64,000 bases of DNA from Eledone cirrhosa. Lineage: Eukaryota. Numbering within the stretch: position 1 is the stretch's first letter; each line of letters begins with the position of its first letter. The stretch lies in assembly GCA_964016885.1 (NCBI GenBank), contig OZ024746.1:18972001-19036000 (forward strand), given 5' to 3'. This document shows, in pieces, positions 1 through 16,293 of the stretch. The notes below the pieces were generated by a model that was not told where the DNA came from, did not search any database, and was given only the letters and a program-made list of their open reading frames with translations. The position numbers and the translations under genes are program-made.

Positions 1-330
1 GTAACTACAGAGACATTATATTGATGAACCAGGTCATGAAAATTGCTGGAAATGTTATAGTACAACTAATTAAGGATAAAATCAAGTTAGATGAGATACA
101 GTTTGACTTTATGCTATGTAGGGATACCACTGATGCCTTGTTTGGTGAGACAAATGCAAATGAGGTACTTAGCTATGACTAAGCCACAGTACCTGACATC
201 TGTAGATCTGAAGAAGACCTTTGACAAGAGTCCCCTACTCTGGAGAGCACTTAGGAACCTAGGTGTAGAAAATAGTTTGAGGGCTATGCAAGCCATCTAT
301 AAAGGTGCAAGCATGAAAAATAGATGTTAA
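1..330 (+). mobile_element. RTE-type LINE reverse transcriptase fragment (degenerate)
   Basis: Frameshifted peptide QFDFM..RDTTDA.. / VRQMQMRY..VDLKKTFD..LWRALRNLGV matches the RT region of RTE LINEs (QxGF..TxDAIF.LRQL.EK..VDLEKAFD). Confidence 0.75.
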
Positions 331-454
331 ACAGTGATGATGAGGATAATGATACACACACCTAATTTGACATTAACATACTGTCATTTACTGAGACAGA
401 TTTGCAACACACACACATGCATGCTTGCTTGCTTCAACTTTACTGTTCTAAACC

Positions 455-490
455 TGAGAGAGAGAAAGAAAGAGAGAGAAAGAGAAAGAA

Positions 491-521
<31 letters not shown>

Positions 522-568
522 ATGAAAGAGAGAGAAGGAAAGAGAAAGAGAGAGAGAAAGAAAGAGAA

Positions 569-632
<64 letters not shown>

Positions 633-652
633 GGACAGAGAGAGAGGGGGGG
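455..652. repeat. (AG)n/(AGAA) microsatellite
   Basis: Direct inspection. Confidence 0.95.
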
Positions 653-2349
653 GAGTAATCTTCCTGTATCAAATCAGTTTTTAATGGGTGCAATTTATTT
701 ATCTTCATCATCATAGAGATGGAAATTTTCACTGCTTTATATAAAAAAGAAAACTCCAACACATTGCACAGCCAGCTCTCAGTTATGATTAAAAATAATA
801 ATAAATAAAAAAGAGAAAGCAAAAGAAGCTGAATACAAAACCAAGCTTCTGTCCCTGCATCTATTACTTTAACACTTATACATAAACTTATTATCTATAA
901 GACATTTAAAATATACTTTAATACATAACCCTTTTATAATCCAAGAAGCTTCAATTAACATTGCACCATTGCAAGGGTTACATTGCTATTAATTCTTATG
1001 AAAACAAAACAAAAAAACATTAAATATTTTTAAAAGTCTATCATAGAATAAATACTCAGAAAAAAAAAACTATATATATAATAATCGGTTGATCTTCTCT
1101 CTATTCAGAGTAGACTATCCTGACAAATTACCTGCCTATTTAAACAGAATATAAATATAATCTTGAAGTAAATAATTGCACAGTATTGTGTAAAACGCGA
1201 AACAAAAATAATAAAATAAATAGAAAGAAAAAAAATCTTCAATTGCAAACTATTTTTATCACATAAAAATTATCGATTCCTTCGAGGTATAAAACTATTT
1301 GCTTTTCAGTAAAATGCCTACAATCTTTAGTTCCAAGCTTCTAAACAATTGACATCTTGACCTACTATTTAAATGATATGCATTGCTGCATTCTGATATT
1401 TATGTTAAATACAATTCAGAAGAAGTGACTTAAACATCTTAAATGTGTTGTTCTTTTGTACAGTAAGGAAACCATAGTAGTAGTTGTTTTGTTGACTGGT
1501 TTCGTTGTAACTATAATGGTTCACTTTTTTAATCTCCACCAAACCTTTTGCAGAGGAGTGCACATGGATTTAACCCTTTGGTTACCAGAGACATACTAAT
1601 CAGGTCCTGTATTAGTATGTCCCTGGAAAGACACGAAGATGAACTGGTATCAGACAATCGACAGAAATCTGAAACCCCATCAACAAAAGTTGGAACAATG
1701 TATTGATAGATGCAACTGACCGTGGTCATTGGAGCACTTTGGCTGCCTCATGTGTCTGAAGATGCAAGAGCTTCTAAGTCTAAGTTACCATATTTCAAAT
1801 AAAAGATATTACCAATGATTGTAAAATAATTTTGAAAATAATAGAGAATTTGTAAAGGTTTAGTCTTTCTCATTATAAAACTGACAGTTGGACTATAACT
1901 TAACAAAGGTACATACATAGAGTTATGATAGAAGGTATGCAAAAAAAGTGTCATTGAAAGATACAATATTGCATGGCAGTCCCAATTAGTTCAAGGTAAC
2001 ATGGAAAACAGACATCAATGAATTCAAAATTGACAATACAATAATTATATTTAGTGTAATCATAGATTAGAACAAAAAGTAAGCAGACAGTATTTTGTTT
2101 TATGAACATACACAGAAACAAGGTTGAGGATCATAACCTTGATCAAATTTACTACTTCAAAACTCAGACCATCAAAGACCTTGCTGCTTTTAAAGTGGCT
2201 TTAAAATGTAGTGATTCATAAATATATATTTATCACAGTTGTTGATTAGATTTAGGCCAGTCATGATAAGATAAACATATGATCAACAGCATTTCAGTCA
2301 TGACTACACCATCTTTCGCAGACATAATGTATCCAGTATCACATTGTTC

Positions 2350-2670
2350 CTAGGCAGCAGATCTTAGAACATCAGATAGAATGCTTTGCAGTATTTGTTT
2401 CAGCTATTTGTTCTCTGGGTTCAAATCTCACTGAGGTCAACTTGGCCTTTCATCCATTCAAGATCAATAAAATATGTACAGGGCTTGATTCTTCCTTTAT
2501 ATCTCTTTCTTACTTCCTCTCTTTCATCATCTCTATCCTTCTCTGGAAGAAATCTGCTGTATTCAAACCTGGAGAGGAGATGGCACTCTGCCAGGCTTAG
2601 AAAATTACCCTAGAAATGGTGTATGCCAATGTGGCACCCCTATGACTCCCTAATGAGTTACGGATCCATA
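2350..2670 (+). mobile_element. SINE family B (long-tail variant), diverged
   Basis: Shares ggttcaaatc..gaggtcaact..gcctttcatcc core and ctggaagaaa..gtattcagacctggagaggagatg tail with copies at 11724-12020, 36000-36330 and 36445-36740. Confidence 0.75.
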
Positions 2671-2674
2671 TATA

Positions 2675-3240
2675 GGCACATGGCTTAGTGGTTAGAGCAT
2701 TGGCTTTGCAATCGAAAGGTTGTGAGTTCAATTCTCAGACCGGGTGATGTGTTGTTTCCTTGAGCAAGACACTTTATTTCACGTTGCTCCAGTTTACTCA
2801 GCTGTAGAAATGAGATTATAGGGACTGGGATCCCTATCACTCGTGGAGGTGCCACGGCAAAAAAGCACCCAGCACTCACTGTAAATGAGGTTGGTGTTAG
2901 GAAGGGCATCCAGCTGTAGAAATCAAGCCAGAATCAGTTCCAGTCCCACCCTTGCAAGCAGGGAAAAGTGGACGTAAAATGAAATGATAAAATGAAATGA
3001 TATATATATAACACATTGCTCCAGTTTACTCAGCTGTAGAAATGAGATGATAGGACTGGGGTCCCTATCATTCCACTGCAAAGTGGTCGTGGAGGTGCCA
3101 CGGCAAAAAAAGCACCCAGCCCACACTGTAGATGAGGTTGGTGTTAGGAAGGGCATCCAGCTGTAGAAATCAAGACAGAATCAGTTCCCGTCCCACCCTT
3201 GCAAGTAGGGAAAAGCGGACGTAAAATGATGATGATGATG
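2675..3240 (+). mobile_element. SINE family A: tRNA-derived head, CORE-like middle, RTE-like tail; one full copy followed by a 5'-truncated copy
   Basis: A-box tggcttagtgg, B-box gagttcaattc, ccttgagcaagacactt motif, (atga)n/(gat)n tail; near-identical copies elsewhere in the window. Confidence 0.9.
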
Positions 3241-3613
3241 AAAGAGGGTGTGGTAAGATACCAGGTGGACCATAACGCACCAGAGTACTCAATACTTAGG
3301 GTAGTAGAGTGGGTAATAGGAAAAAAAAGTCAGGAGTCCGACGGCAGAGCTCCGGCCGTTTTGACAGCTAGATCCTATATATCATCATCATCGTTTAACG
3401 TCCGTGTTCCACACTTGCATGGGTTTGGACGGGGGTTTTCCCACTTGAGGCAAGAGTGATTGTCTTGCTCGCATAGGACTGTCTGGCGGGTTTTCTACAG
3501 CTGGATGCCCTTCCTAACACCAACCACATTTACAGTGTGGGGCTGGGTTTTTTTTACCGTGTTGCCTACACTATATATATATGTATCACATTATCTGATG
3601 TATTATATTTAAT

Positions 3614-4454
3614 ACTAGCAGAATGGCCCGGCGTTGCTCGGGATTCTAAACATAGATTGGCATGTTCATCCCCCCTTTCTGAAACAGAGAAGTACAGAAT
3701 ACCTCGGCCTGGGGATGGTGTCTACATTTTGTGCTTATAAAAAAAAATCGTCGTAGATTACCAGGGGTTTAACTTAATTGGGTGCCTGAGAGTAAAATGT
3801 TCAACCGACAAAAGCCAAGACGATAGGGTTAAGTAAAAAGGCATTCAACAAACCGAACATGTATTTGTTGTGCTATGGTACAATGAAAGCAATAGTTACA
3901 GAGCAGTGGTGGAAAGCATGAAGGAATTTAGTTTGATACTTTTAAGGTTACAGGCCCTAACGCAACCAAAATGCTAAACAATGCAGTCCCCAGGCAAAAA
4001 TTTGAAATCTTTTTCAGTCAAGAAAATTTGTGAAACATAAGTAATGCATATGCAAAATAAAAAAAAAAAACGGTTGGGTACTTCCTGAGTTACAGGCCCT
4101 AATGCAACCAAAATGCTTTTAAAAAATCAGTTTTTCTCCAGTGGTACCTGGAGCAAAAAATGACAAAATCTTTTTTGCTCAAAACACTTTAAATGACATA
4201 AGTAATGCAAATGTTGAAGAAATCGCCTGGATTATTGTTCTGTTATGCCTCAAAAAAGCCTTTAAAGCCTAAAATATGCGGTTTTTCGCCTAATGCAGTC
4301 CCTAGGGCATTGAAAATTTGCAATATTTTTTGGGCTCAAAACACTCACACAACCATAAGTATTACATGTGTAAAGTTTGAAAAAAATCGGTTGGGTGGTT
4401 CTCGAATTTTAGGGGGACTGACAGACAGACATTCTCTGTTTTAGATATATAGAT
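3614..4454 (-). mobile_element. Helitron/Helentron-derived non-autonomous element (HINE/DINE-1-like)
   Basis: One end is actag (CTAGT on minus) plus hairpin cccggcgttgctcggg; the other end is (acag)n..ttttagatatatagat; internal repeats such as gttacaggccctaa..caaccaaaatgct (twice). Confidence 0.7.
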
Positions 4455-4954
4455 GATAAGATGTGATTTAAAAGAGAATTCTTGAAAGATCAGCAGCCAA
4501 GTAGAGACTCCATTGTCAGCATGTTAATATATAGTAAAATTTATGTCTTAATATTTAACACTAGTTTAAGGGGCCACTGTCTGCTGATCTTGTAAAAACC
4601 TGACTGTATTTTCACTGAATATATATATAATCAATGGACTTAAACTAAATTGACCGAAAAATACAAAGCAGCTGCTATTATCTCTTAAGTAATAATTAAT
4701 AGCAATAAATTTTAAGTGCTAATTAATCCAAAGCAGTTCAAGCCATGGGGATTATTCCCATTGAGAAGCTTAGGTAAATAAATACTCAAGTGAGAGTCAA
4801 CCTTATGAAATTTGCTTTCAAGTTTAATCTCAGAGATGAGTTAGTAAGGCATGTACAAATCCTTTGAAGACTTTAGTCATGCAAATTTAAAATTTACTGA
4901 AACAATCAAGTTATGTACATGTCTAGTCTAGTTGTTTCTCGTTTTCTAATTATA

Positions 4955-5380
4955 AACCTTTTCTTCTCCCACTTATTCCTGGGAAGGTCATGGGAACAGA
5001 GTCCTCAAACACTCTTTCCAGTGGGTCCTGTCAGAAGTAACTGTCTCCAATTGATCTGACTGATTCCTCAGGCGAGACCAGCCAAGCTTATGGATGTTAT
5101 CCAATCATCTTGCTTGAGGTCTACTCCTGGGTCTCTTGCAGGTTGGTTTTGCCTGTAAAATCTGTCCAGCAATTCATTCCTGAGATATTCTAATTACATG
5201 CCCATAGTATCAGAGCTGTGATCTCTCAATTTGGAGAAGTAGCGGCTCTACCTGGAGCAGCTCTCTGATCTCCGAGCTATGCATTTTATCAAGTAACGTT
5301 ACTTCAAAGTCCTTTCAGAGGAACCCCATTTCAGGTGCTTGTATTCGCAATTGTATTCTTTTGTTCATTACCCAAGATTG
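4955..5380 (-). mobile_element. RTE LINE 3' fragment
   Basis: Minus-strand remnant of IERSQL.YYGHV.R...RPRSRP...W.D; same family in + orientation at 48885-49140. Confidence 0.7.
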
Positions 5381-6957
5381 TGTCTCCCTCCAACACACAA
5401 CCAATGTTTTTGTGTTCTTGGTTTTATTTACACTAATGTGTAATTAATTAAACCTTCCTCTGCAAAAAAATCTTAGGTAGTTAATTGACAGTGTAAATAA
5501 ACACAAGAACATTGATTGTTGGAGAGGCAAACACACACAAACAAGCAGGGAAAAGCGGACGTGAAATGAAATGATTATGATGATATGTTCCTTAAGGGTT
5601 AATTTTATACTGGCCTCGACCGCATGTGCAAGCATTTTCTTTGCTGCGTTGTGGTTTTCGGGGGTCCGTATGGCTCTGGTCCACCCGTTCCATCTTTTTC
5701 TGTGGGTCTTCTTGGCCATTGAGGTAATGGTGGGTGGTTGGGTGGTCAGCCTCTTTCTGACCTTGCGTCTAAGTATTCCCTATTCTACAAGAGTTTTAAG
5801 TAGGGGTCCCAGCTCACTGGCATCAATCCCAGAATTCCAAAGTAAAATCAACATTGATGGATGGGTATAGGGCCAAGAGGAGGTGAGCAATCACAGATAG
5901 GTTAGTCCAATGGAATGATATACAACATATGATAAATACAGAACATGTTTGACAATTCTATGAATCGTAAAATTGTATGTTTTCAAAATACATCTTATAT
6001 TCATTGCATCCTCTCCCTACAATTGAAAATGCTTTTACATATCGGAATGTTTAAATCTTGTAATGATTTTGCAGGAAATATCTAAAAATGGATTAGTGAA
6101 TTATATTAGTATTTATATTAGTATTTATATTAGTATTTATATTACTCTATATTTACTATTGTATTTTTATGGTGAAGGCTTTACCTCACATAATTATCTC
6201 GCATAATATTGAATCTATGAGATTTTAATGATATCTATTTTGAGAACAATACCAGTTACAGCCAGTTTGAACAGAAAGAGTTGAGAGAATTCTGGCCAGA
6301 TTTAGCTGGTTTAAATGCTAAAGGGTTAAGGTACCTTTACTGGTGAACAGATTATTGTGAAGATTTGCAGTAAACTACAATAAAGACAATTTTTAATGTG
6401 ATGCAGTCAGTGTTATTTTGTACTTTTCAAGAATATCTTGTTAATGTGGATTCATATAGTAGAAGACATTAACAGTTAAATGCATCATAGCAGTACTTCA
6501 TTCATAAATGTGGAAATTAGCGTGAGAAAAACAAATTTTAAAATAAAATAAAATCTAAACGAAATCTTAGCATAAATGAGTAAAAAAAAAAAATGAAAAA
6601 AAAAAAAGAAACCTAGAAAATGTCATCAGATGCTTAAAACAATTCCAAAAGACAATAGATAATAATAGCAGCCATAAGAATAAATCCTGCAATTCTTAAT
6701 ATTGTAACTGATCTAAATAAATCTACACATGCAAAAAATATCATAAATGTAATTTCTTAAAAAGTAATCTTGAAGTAATTATAACTTTAGGTCAACATTA
6801 TCTACGAATTAAAATCATGGATCATCTGGGGAAACTATAAAGATTAAAATTGCTTAAGGCATCTTATAATCAAAATACAGAAAATAATTTTGATTGGTAG
6901 TCACATGTCTAAAAAGAAAAAGAAAATATAAAGCAACCATATTGATAGTAACAGGTA

Positions 6958-8750
<1,793 letters not shown>

Positions 8751-9934
8751 TGTTTATTTAATTAATAAAAGGTAAAAACAATTTTGCTTCCAATAAAGAT
8801 AAATTATTTGATAAAACCTGTAGAAACTTTCTTGGAACCCCAAAAAACAATTTGGTTTTTATTTTCATTCAATGTTTTGCTTCTTTGTTTTTTTTTTGTT
8901 TTTTTTTCAAGGAGAGATAGTGTATGTGTGTATGTATGTGTGTGCATGTGTGTATGTATGTGTGTGCGTGTGGGGACATTGATAAGCAAGCATAAAACAG
9001 AATAACAGGAAGAAATAAAGAGGAGAAAAGAGGAGAATCTTTGCATGCGATGTATCTTGAAATATTTCATTAGTTTTACACTGATGGAATTCATAAATAT
9101 TAAAATATATTTGTATCATTTGCTATCTTATCAGTATTACTTATTTCCATTTCAGAACATTTCCCCCTCCTCCCTATCTCCTCCCATTTCCATCTTTATT
9201 ATCACCATTCTAGTTCCCACCTATCTTTCCTTAGTTTCCTCTGTTGCTATCGTAGTTTTTTCTTTGTCCTTTTTCTGTTTGTGTTTTTACCCTCTTCATT
9301 GTTCTTACATATTCAATGTAGCTTCAAAGTAAATAATGCCAGATTGATAATTAGCTTTCCTGAGATACTTGTAGAACAACGGCAGCCTTTACAATATTTT
9401 CTTACTAATTTTCTTCAGCAAGAATGAAGCTGAATGCTTCATACCTAACAGAAAAAAACATTATAAGTGGTACTTTTTCCATGGCTTGCTGTTCACAACA
9501 AAGAAGAATTGGGCCAAATTTACAGAGCTATAATGATTAGTTACTATATCTTAACAGATGCATATACCATAAAATAGATGTTAAACGATGATGTTGATGA
9601 TGATATTTTGAAGAGAATCTACAGAGATAAATACAGTAATGGAGATGCTGTGATGACTGCATTGATCAACCTTCTAAGGAGGCAACTTATCGTCATTATT
9701 TTACATCCGTTCTTCTCACACATGCATGGGTTGGACAGGCCCTTCTCAGTACAGCATCCCTCCACTTGTCATGTTCCTTTGTCATCTTATCCATGAGAAA
9801 TTTGCATTAGCTAATATTATTAAAGTTGTCTCTCTTGCTGATTGTATTTAGATTTTATATACCTCTAAATGGAGTTTTTGTCTTCTAATTGCAAAGGTAA
9901 CCTCAGTTACTTAAAGTTAATCAACTATAATGGT

Positions 9935-10100
9935 TTCTGATTTAGGCCCAAGACCAACAATTTTGTGGGAAGGGAAAGTTGATTAAATCACCCCAGTGGG
10001 TTACTAGTACTTTCCTCGGCAGGATTTGAACTCAGAATGTAACGGGCCATTACTGTCACAAAGCATCTTGTCCAATACTCTACTGATTACTGCTAATCCA
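9935..10100 (-). mobile_element. SINE family B, diverged
   Basis: ggcaggatttgaactcagaatgtaa..gggcc; reverse complement of the family B head. Confidence 0.75.
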
Positions 10101-10509
10101 ATGAGATTCTACTATATGCCTAAAACTCAATGTCTGATTTTCTATATTGGTTTGCATGAAATAATTTATTTTCATTAATTTCATCTCACTCTGTAAATTC
10201 ATCAATAATATTTAATTCCGTGAATATGAGCATATATCATCAAAGAGTTAACGAGTTTGACGAAATATGATTTACAATAATATTTATTATTTATATCTAT
10301 GTACAAGGAAACTCTGTATGGTGATGATGATGATGGTTTATATCTATTATATGAAATAAAGTGTTGATGAAAATTTCATTTCTAATTTTCATTCCTCAGT
10401 AAACAAAAACAAAAAAAAGACTTCATTTCTTCTCTGTAGTGGAACATGCCGGAGCTAATTATAAACAAATCACACTCTAAAAATATATTATCAACAAAAT
10501 CCAATATGA

Positions 10510-10860
10510 TGTGTGTGTGCGTGTGCATGTGTGTGTGTGTGTGTGTGTGCATACTCATATGTTCATACACATATGTCTGTACATACACATATTGGTTGTA
10601 TGTCAAGCTAAAAATATATTATGAACAAAATCCAATATGATGTGTGTGTGTGTGCATATGTGCTGTATGTGTGCATCTGTGTATATATGTGTGCAAGTGT
10701 GTGCGTATATGTGTATGTGTGTATCTGTGTATATATGTGTGTGCAAGTGTGTGCGTATATGTGTATGTGTGTGTGTATATGTGTATGTGCATGCATGTGT
10801 GTATATGTGCATGCATGTGTATGTGTGTATGTGTATATACGTGTGCATGTAAATGTATGT
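10510..10860. repeat. (TG/TA)n degenerate microsatellites with duplicated flank aaaatatatta..aacaaaatccaatatgat
   Basis: Direct inspection. Confidence 0.85.
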
Positions 10861-11723
10861 AACAAAATATCCTTATAGTAATATATCATTTTAATTCAGT
10901 TATGCAATAAATAAAGCCAAATTCCTATGAGGAATCTACTCAAATTTTCTGTTATTTTTCCAGTGTAGTGTGTTTGCAAGACATTAAATATTTAAGTCAG
11001 ATAATACCCCTTCTATTCAGTAATGTTAGTATTACAAGTAAAAGGTGCTATTTACCAAAAGAAAGACAACAAAAAAAATCCATTTTAAGTATCAGCTTCC
11101 ACTGCTCACTCAAGTTTTAACAGTAAACATAACATAAATATGAAGCTACCACTTAGAGACACTGTACTTCTTTTCACAAATATTGATCTTTTAAATATAA
11201 TTATAAATCTTACAGTAATAAAGTATTGATTTCCAAATTGTTATACACCATGTGCACACATACACTGCAAACACAACTATACACCATGTACACATACATA
11301 CATTACAATAACAACACACTCACATTACAACAATAACACATACACACACTGCAAAAGCAGCAACAACAACAACATCACGTCCAGATTCTTGATAACTTGA
11401 GAAGATTAAAAGTGGGGCAAGAAATTGAATTGAAAAAAATAAATAATAATAATAAGCAACAACTAGCATTGATAATGGAAGATAAAAGTTTTATAAAATA
11501 AAAGAACATCTAACTGCTATTATTCAATGTGCTGAAGCTGTTGTAGTCTTGTCTGAAATTATTTCTTCTAGAACAATCTTAAATATGTTCTTGTTTACAC
11601 CAAAACTTTATTCTAAAAACATCCAATGTTTAAATACAAAAATGTTTAAATATTATTGTGAACTTCTGAAACAAACTATAAATTTAGAAACCAATATTTG
11701 GTTTTCTTTTACACAGATATTTA

Positions 11724-12020
11724 AGGCAGCGAAGTAGCAGAGTTGTTAGAGTGTTGGATAGAATACTTTGCAGTATTTGTTCCTGCTCTTTGTTCTCTGA
11801 GTTCAAATCCTGCCATGGTCAACTTTGCCTTTCATCTATTCAAGATCAATAAAAAGAAAAGTGCCAGTCTAATACTGGGGATCAATCCTTCTCTGGAAGA
11901 TATTTTCTGTATTCAGACCTGGAGAGGAGATGGGCTCTGCCAGGTTTTAGAAAATGCCCTAGAAACACCATATATCAATGTGGCACCCCTATGACTCGTT
12001 CGGGAGTTACAGGTCCATAT
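11724..12020 (+). mobile_element. SINE family B (long-tail variant)
   Basis: ctgagttcaaatcctgccatggtcaactttgcctttcatc core. Confidence 0.8.
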
Positions 12021-13192
12021 TAAATAAACCATACATCATTAAAAAATAGGTTGGTTTTTTGTTGCTACCCTTCTTCCATCTATATAAATTATCAATAACT
12101 TATTATGAACAATCTTTAGCATTGATTTTCATAAATATATTATTGAGCTGCAAACTAAGAGAGAAAAAAACAAAAGATTTTAAATTTGTTGACTACAAAA
12201 GATAAACTATCTGTAAAAGATAAACCAGAAGATTGATCGTTAGACACTATGACTGCCTATTTATCAGGAATATAAAATCTTTTATAAAAAATCAACTCTA
12301 TAGACCTAATATTAAACAAACCCAACATAAAAAGAAACTGTGTGAATTTAGCACTTTATTTTATTAGCTTTGTCAAAATACAATAAGTTCCTAAAAATAG
12401 CTTATATCAGCACATGCCTCTTACATATTTTCTATTCTGATGACAAAAATACCTTTGTTAATAAATAAACAAAGGTTTAATAATCAACATACTGAGAAGA
12501 ACCACCTCAAATATTTAAACTGAAATAATCTCCTGTAAAAACAATGCATCATACTCTGAAAAATCCTTATCATGAAATAGCTATTATGTAAACAATAACA
12601 GACATTAAGGGAAGACAAATGTTTTACATATTTCTATAAATTATAACTGTTTCAGATATCATTTTTAACTATTAAACAACTTCATTTGACTAATGTTAAA
12701 AAAAAAAAAACCATCACAATGAAATACCAAGCCACATGGCTTAGTGGTTTGCGAACTGGAGTAGCAATCCTGAGGTTGCAATTTTGATTCCCGTATTGAG
12801 CAATGCGTTATGTCCTTGAGCCAAGACACTTTATTTCATGTTGCTCTTTCTGCCAGGAGTTGTGACCGGTAGATAGTATCAACAATGAAAAGATCAATGG
12901 AAACATTGCTTCCTTGGTCTAATAAGAGAAGTTCTACACCCACACAGTAAGTAAATGAGATCTGGGATCTTGTCAATCGATTACAAACATCAATAATATT
13001 CATACAAATGAAATTATTACACAAATAAAAAAAAAGAAGAATTCTCAGCAATTAAACAAAAACACAAAAGTACATACACATTTTTACTGGTTTTCTTAAA
13101 ACAAAACTTATTTTCAATAACATCAAAATTATACATTTTAAACCACAAACTGAAGTGTTTAAATGATTTAATTGGAATTATAAGACCACTTA

Positions 13193-13357
<165 letters not shown>

Positions 13358-13430
13358 TTAGACATGCTGTTTTTATTTACAAGTAAAAAAAATATGTAAA
13401 AAATATATTTCTGATATTATTTAATGACAT

Positions 13431-13612
13431 GGGCAGTGATTGGCAGAGCTGGTAGAGGGTTGGACATGCTTTCCAGCATAGTTACGTCCCTTTACGATCT
13501 GAGTTCAAATCCCGCCAAGGTTAACTTTGCCTTTCATCCTTACGAGGTCGATAAAATAAAGTACCAGTAATGTACTGGGTAATTGCTGGCCTTGTGCCGA
13601 AAGTAGAAACAA
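13431..13612 (+). mobile_element. SINE family B, young copy with TSD
   Basis: High identity to 61561-61743; flanked by direct repeat attatttaatgacat. Confidence 0.9.
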
Positions 13613-15369
13613 TTATTTAATGACATGGGTTTTAAGATTTAAGAGGATTTGTTTAGATATAGTTTGATATACAAAGAATGAAAATAACACAAAGTTGATT
13701 CTATTACAAAATTCAGGCATAGCTGATACTTTTCATATCTTGTTTCTGGAATAAAATGAAATACAGAATAAAGAACAAGACAGCTAATCTTAACCTAATT
13801 TGTTCATAACCACCCACTGTTCAGTTTAAGTACATCATAATCATTAGAACCAGCTCTACAGAGAAACATATATAGAAAATTCAATACTAATTTATATATT
13901 TTGATCAAGATACACAGAATCAATATTAACAGCAAGTAGCCGACACATCCATATTTAGCACCACCCATTTAGTACCCCAAATTATTAAAACCGTATGAGA
14001 GTTGTGTCCCTTTACAGTTGTGGAGAGTTTCCCTGGTAACTCCAATTCTGTAACCAATTCATCTAATACTTTTTTAATACTTTCTCAATAGAAATTCATA
14101 TAAAATTTAAGTATATTATTATTATTTCATACGTTGTGTCTCAAATACGATGCAGAACATAATGGTTTAATATATCTCCACTAAAAGCTATATTAATACT
14201 CTATTAGTGTGTGGTATTTATTAAGTTGATGCAAAATTAACAATTGCATTGTTGTAGAAAGAATATTATACAAAAAAATAATAATAACTGCAGTTGTTAA
14301 TTAAATTAATTAAACATAAAATTGGTCGTTAATTTTACATTATCCCTATAATTTAGGTTTTATTCAAATGATAGGTATTCTATGTTATCGATTAGTTAAA
14401 TTTACATAACTATAACAGACAGCATATTCAGTTAATTCATATACCTTAATTTCTCACATCCCACTCCCAATAGAGACATTTGTTATTGCTTTTCAGATTG
14501 TGCTGAACACTGGAGTCATCTAGTCACCCATTTAAAGCACTCAATATTTCTCATTTGTCATTTTGAAATTACTCTATTAAATAAACTTTACTGTTTTTGA
14601 AAAAAAAAAATAATAAATAGAAGTGTAATTTGCTCCTAAAAAAAGAGAGAGAGAAGTCGGGGTCTTGGATTCAATGCCCTGGTATTTGATCGGGCTTATT
14701 GCTACACACAATGTATCTAAAATTACATTATCTCGTGTATTGTACCATCTATGTGATATAATGTGTGCATCTACAACTACATTATCCCAGGTATTTTTTA
14801 AGATGGCGAGATGTTGTTTGAGAAAAATTGTGGAAACTCTTTCATTGGCTCATAGGTAATGTGACATGTATACTTTTAGAGGCATAAGTGAAGTTGTTTC
14901 AATTGCAAATCTATAATTAATCAGGATCTATTTGGAGTTTATTTATTGATTACCATATTGATGATATAGATTATGTTATGTAGCTTTTGTTGTTGTACAG
15001 TCCACATTTATTCTATTATTTACAAGAACAATAAGCCTAACAAAACTGAACTGAATTGAAAGAAAAGACTTTTTCACTTCTAAAGTAAATTTTTGTTAGT
15101 GGAGGTTAGCATCTTACATGTTACAAAATATATCTATTTATTAACGTTTGTATATTCTCTATCTCTTCTACCTTCTCTTTTACTTCTTGGTTAATCAATA
15201 TGTTAGGTGTAGTTGATATTTCTTCTTTTCAGTTACAGCACATAGGTTTGTAGCATAATTTCTCTTATTTGTAAATAATTGAAAGACTATTGTCTTGTCT
15301 TGTCATTCTTACTCATCATGTTTATGGAAGTAAATCTATTCTACATTCCACCACCATAAATGAAACTTA

Positions 15370-15730
15370 AGGGCCAGTCTGCCTCATGGTCTCAGCCAAC
15401 AGGATGGAGAAGACATTGGTCCAGAGGACAGCAATGGAGATGTGCTGTAATAGCCACTCCACCTCACAGGACTTTCACTTGGAGGTAGCCTACTCTGCTC
15501 TCATAGCAGTAAGGATGTGGTCCAGGAGCCTAGAAAGCCAGAAGTTTCCACTACCCAGGCTCAACCATAAACTTATCAAAGAGCAACCAATACTTTGACA
15601 GTTTGCACTCTTCAGCCTGGCAAGCAACAAGATGGAGAAGACATTGGTCTGGAGGATGGCAAGACATATGTGCTGTAGCAGCCACTCCATCTCACAGGGA
15701 TCACATTTGTGGGTAGCCAACGCTGCTCTA
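15370..15730 (-). mobile_element. Two tandem degenerate LINE 3'-end fragments
   Basis: gatggagaagacattggtc...tgtgctgta..agccactcca.ctcacagg occurs twice about 230 bp apart. Confidence 0.55.
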
Positions 15731-15892
15731 GATTTGTTATCTTGGAGAAAAATGTTCTAGCTTGTTACAAACAACTAAGTAAATCAGAGTTGCCTAAGAA
15801 ACTAACAATTAAAGCCAGCTATTGTAGAATTTATTTTTTTACTACAACATTCATTTCAAGCTAGAGATTGTGTGTGTGCATGCGTGTGTGTA

Positions 15893-16293
15893 TCATCATC
15901 ATCGTTTTACGTCCGTTCTTCCACACTAGCATGGGTTTGACGGGTTGTCCTGTTGTGGGCAGTGTCTGGTCGGCTGACCATGCCTTGCTCATACAGGAAC
16001 TGATTCTGGCTTGATTTCAACAGCTGGATACCCTTCCTAACACCAACCTCATTTACAGTGAGTGCTGGGTGCTTTTTTGCCGTGGCACCTCCACGACCAC
16101 TTTGCAGTGGAATGATAGGAAATGAGATGATAGGGACCCCAGTCCCTATCATCTCATTTCTACAGCTGAGTAAACTGGAGCAATGTGAAATAAAGTGTCT
16201 TACTCAAGGAAACAACACATCACCCGGTCTGAGAATTGAACTCAACCTTTCGATTGCAAGGCCAATGCTCTAACCACTAAGCCATGTGCCTCC
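15893..16293 (-). mobile_element. SINE family A, full length (long-tail variant)
   Basis: Reverse complement of the 2675 and 37936 copies; (cat)n tail. Confidence 0.9.

Noticed and set aside
9400-9460. Minus-strand acceptor (ttttctgttag) as the next ARHGAP39 exon
   Set aside because: The in-phase frame stops after about 13 codons and lacks the expected QWWELFD second WW motif; I did not find that exon, so it probably lies left of the window
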